This document shows positions 27,701 through 28,904 of a DNA stretch of 28,904 nt, piece by piece. The DNA is from Pseudomonadota bacterium (lineage in GTDB: Bacteria > Bdellovibrionota > FAC87 > UBA2466). The notes below the pieces were generated by a model. That model did not search any database and was not told where the DNA came from. It saw nothing but the letters and a program-made list of their open reading frames with translations. A program made the translations under genes and the position numbers. The first letter of the stretch is position 1. Every line of letters begins with the position of its first letter. The stretch is taken from positions 1-28,904 of the forward strand of contig JAYSWN010000111.1 in NCBI GenBank assembly GCA_043718025.1. The letters are read 5' to 3'.

Positions 27701-28904
27701 TAGTTGCCGTTAATACTTGGATAAGAATAGCCGGGCCCCACCTGGCAGTCGCTGGTGGAGACTGGAGTTCCCGCGGGCGCCCAGTCTCCGGCATTCGCAT
27801 TCCAATTTTGCGCGCCGGCGTTGGGTCCAAAGCCGCCGCCCCAGATTTTAATTGCGGTGCCGGTAATGGTGGAGGAAGACCCCTTTACCGGAGGTCCGCT
27901 GGTGTTCGAAAAGCTGTACCCCTGGCTATTTACCACGTCGGTAGTGCCAGCCACTTTTATTTGCAGGGTGTCACCGGTTAGGGCGTTGGCGTTGGTGACG
28001 AGTAGCACATGAACGCATTTTAACGATGTGTTGCTTACGGTAACGGTGCTGGCCGGAATGGTAACGGTGGTAGTTGGGGTGCTTCCCGCAAAGTAGAGAT
28101 TGGCGCCTATCTGAAGATCCGTGCCGGCCTGATAAGTACAATTCCCATTGGTATCGTTCATCACCTGCGCGTAGGCCACGTCTGAAACCAAATTATTTCC
28201 CGCCAGAGTGAAGGTGACCGAAGTAATGTCGCTCGCCGTCCCCGTTCCATTCAGAGAAAAGGCAAACGTAGCAAATAGGGTAGCCGCCGACCCTTTTATG
28301 ATTGTCGTCGCCGGATTTCCGGAGGCGGTACGATTGGTAATCTGCAAAGCCATCGGGGCCTGACTCCCCCAAGTGATTTTATTTGCGGGGTCGGTTTCGT
28401 TGCCCGCTCCGCCAAGTCCCGACCAGTTACTGACGGTAAAAACCGATCCGGTGTAGGCGGTAGCATTAAAGTTTCGGGTATTGGCGTAGGCAAAGTCGTC
28501 GAAAAAGCCAAGGCCGCTCGGATTGGGAGAAGGAATGTTTACGGCCGTGGCCAGAGTTACCGCGTAACCACCGCTTGCGAGGTAATGAAAATCACCATTA
28601 GAAAGCGCCTGGACGGTACCGGTAACATTGATTCCGGGAGCGGTAGTTCGGCTGATCGAGAAATAGTTGGCATTCAGCGATCCAGCCACCGTCACCGCGT
28701 AAGTTGACCCACCCGAATCCGCATCTAAAATCGCCGCGTTTCCCGAAGTGCCGTTTAGTTGAAGCACGCCACCGGCGTTGACCGTCAGGTTTTTTCCGTT
28801 GCCAATCAGCACGGAGGCACCCGCCCCGACTTTCAAGGTGCCATTTACGGTGATTCCCCCCATGGCAACCAGCGTGGCGCCGCTCTGTACGTCTAGCGTC
28901 GCGC
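21799..28904 (-). CDS. Giant surface protein: beta-helix/Ig-like repeats, C25 propeptide-like region, gingipain-family C25 cysteine peptidase and C-terminal membrane anchor; 5' truncated
   Basis: Frame stays open past ATG 28863 to the window end (ATLDVQSGATLVAM). C25 motifs YVVLVGDGTYDPK, DNWY, IGRIP, FMGHG (His 22360-62), AMNCL (Cys 22261-63), GAIAFWGS, WTLLGDP; C-terminal AGSCASV, TM helix, RRYRRK. Confidence 0.92.
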   Translation of the reverse strand, partial: ATLDVQSGATLVAMGGITVNGTLKVGAGASVLIGNGKNLTVNAGGVLQLNGTSGNAAILDADSGGSTYAVTVAGSLNANYFSISRTTAPGINVTGTVQALSNGDFHYLASGGYAVTLATAVNIPSPNPSGLGFFDDFAYANTRNFNATAYTGSVFTVSNWSGLGGAGNETDPANKITWGSQAPMALQITNRTASGNPATTIIKGSAATLFATFAFSLNGTGTASDITSVTFTLAGNNLVSDVAYAQVMNDTNGNCTYQAGTDLQIGANLYFAGSTPTTTVTIPASTVTVSNTSLKCVHVLLVTNANALTGDTLQIKVAGTTDVVNSQGYSFSNTSGPPVKGSSSTITGTAIKIWGGGFGPNAGAQNWNANAGDWAPAGTPVSTSDCQVGPGYSYPSINGNYTCTNLLLPDLGKMTWGGTANTLTLLGGLELGTGYTFLTSVTGNLSFASTVASQSILAQTTFPGNVVINNTAATNPTVSVNSNWTIGGNLTLTAGILRITPGVNLTVLGTITVNGGTLMIDPGATLTLGDGRTLTVNALGTLEIVGSAAQNAAFTCAGIATGCAVVITGTIKAQYYTFSKLAVAGLTINGGATVDATYYMQNGSFTYPVGTNPILLTLNRQIPGNALGSMTFDKAGSAATGTKSILTSAAAGTLTVSNYSGDLTNCCTTAPTYLVSWTSPTTTLKLTSEGLSGVVTIAIAVPGVVTWNAHGLNAGAAVQFSTTGALPTGLVAATTYYVAAAPAPTANTFSVSATSGGAAINTTGTQSGVHSISAGVNNANQGDTSVRAGWFGFQQTQVGSFADTNITSVKITLDGTGSASDVGSARLYYDSACSGTGGTQVGSALTFTGSPPTLTFSGLTGVIVQSSLVSPPKRCIYVEYDVASTATAGATLVAKIASSAHVVNSQSYSFNGSFAPPASGRTITVIGSTITWTGTTSTAWNVATNWSPNTVIPDATKNCVINSAVRNPIISAAGAICKSLTIGNGTLTINTGQNLDVYGSITNTGTITQASATATISVRDNGAVPTNNTLQSSSALNYLVFNKTAGGYVYIGNNNLTINNFVITAGKTFTFNVRNGDILTLPNGAAISSATFLVDSGATVAISNAQTFTVSGATFRIAGTNDGYPQSLSNKGTMTRNGGSGTWSFVATSGTLNLTGWVMAWLDCNGLQVNGTTTLSTLNGGQFTDLPATGTCGGTLKALQLNTTGTLPATADYVGFNWGAGNSPPTVATAYWLVFSSGCANQTTSFTNWFGDFFVAVDFPVVQSKVSNTTCNATMTAAASPVTLTKFQAIPYDGSVLVDWITGLEILHSGFNVYRSEDPEFGAVQINPVMLRNPLATGTVHGHYQFFDRTVANARTYYYWIEDISTTGQRKRHGPLPATPFAFLGPAPAAQSSAITGSQGGSTPSATAQANSFAPGQVELAPGVTLLAYTTHSLRVRIDVAPLKRAPAVFPYEHIAIDGYSVGGTAGRAENLERTLYLQIPKLAEATFKLVDQKSITVSPISISPNPEWVLENGALGPKPAFDANFYAATEFTPSSPVQLGKAVESSDKISLPVTIFPLRYSAGSRTAEVATQIIFDVFLGPAPAWNSGAAPEASGPYGLEGGLKIRIAKTGLYQLSFDDLVSAGVEGPFWRGDSAKLRLFRDLVELPIEVSSVSGTFSSGDFIRFFAPYFESAESAHNTLVLYLDSVVGKRMARISGVPVGTPSSQRYFNKRVTLEKASFGFFNEPYGEGLDHILWGRFYSPPHTPGEEKISTVVSLPSLIAQGSVTVKVYVKGGAGVRIKNPVHHLRLKVNGIAVGDDEFQTNEPHVSLFEVAANRFVATQNAIDLEAVGDLVGGDYDIINLDRIVVDYPHDWLAEEGIAEFLNYQTGSTLTIGGFTSSHIQLYDITHADSLTIVDGVVTSVTEAGNQIQFGTVTGNPTLGRRFWAVENGVVPRPASIELNVGSNLVATDQGADVLYLGPAKLLGAISPLAEYRKSQGFRTALVDLEKIYMEFGKGAESSVAIKEFIKYVVTHWQSPAPKYVVLVGDGTYDPKNQLHYNPKGVLPVHLSKGLYADYGNDNWYVSLDDESDAPHLAIGRIPGGTPELIQAYVEKVIRFERGVARPTGVAANQITLISDQDQLGGEHFHAKADSLASQITASKSGLVVNRLLRGSQSDEDLKQKLVAAFSAGSAFIHFMGHGAEDRWAAAEFFQNADAEKLDNKTLPIIVAMNCLNTYFYDADPAFRSLAERLIFNPTGGAIAFWGSTSMTSPDLQEPFQKALYQILAEGSMRLGDAIRLAKNRGGVSLGTADIIRSWTLLGDPMLQVSQSAKGEPRSEQRASAGSCASVHQIGNRPELPGWGMLLNLLTLVGALFFGRRYRRKYVA

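Noticed and set aside
21959..28511. Numerous plus-strand and off-frame ORFs over the giant gene
   Set aside because: Shadow ORFs arising from the codon bias of the Thr/Gly-rich minus-strand gene
28861..28863. ATG 28863 as start of the giant protein
   Set aside because: Frame remains open to the window end and no signal peptide follows this Met

Overview
Gene-dense bacterial chromosomal window. The many Cys-rich lipoproteins, orphan secreted proteins and a CTERM-type anchor suggest a Bdellovibrionota/deltaproteobacterium-like organism (inference only). The left end (<1-4901, minus) is the 5' ~1630 codons of a cyclic beta-1,2-glucan synthase (ndvB/cgs), missing from the ORF track because its stop lies outside the window. 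The right end (21799->28904, minus) is a >2360-aa surface protein with beta-helix/Ig-like repeats, a gingipain-type C25 peptidase and a C-terminal membrane anchor. Between them almost every gene encodes an exported protein: an astacin lipoprotein with ten ~49-aa repeats, a Cys-rich lipoprotein, a lipoprotein made of a Planctomycete-type dockerin-associated domain, a Cys-rich lipoprotein with a C-terminal Hint domain, and a set of signal-peptide proteins with unrelated cargo (SAM methyltransferase, transglutaminase-like, zincin-like, GNAT-like, JAB/MPN, helical unknown). The only clearly cytoplasmic genes are an HxlR regulator, an ABM monooxygenase and ychJ. The most striking observation is that six unrelated exported proteins share a short C-x3-[LFV] motif just after the signal peptide or at the C-terminus; in four of them it holds the only Cys. 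This suggests a common, possibly undescribed, sorting or delivery tag for effector-like cargo. No rRNA, tRNA, CRISPR array or mobile element was recognised.
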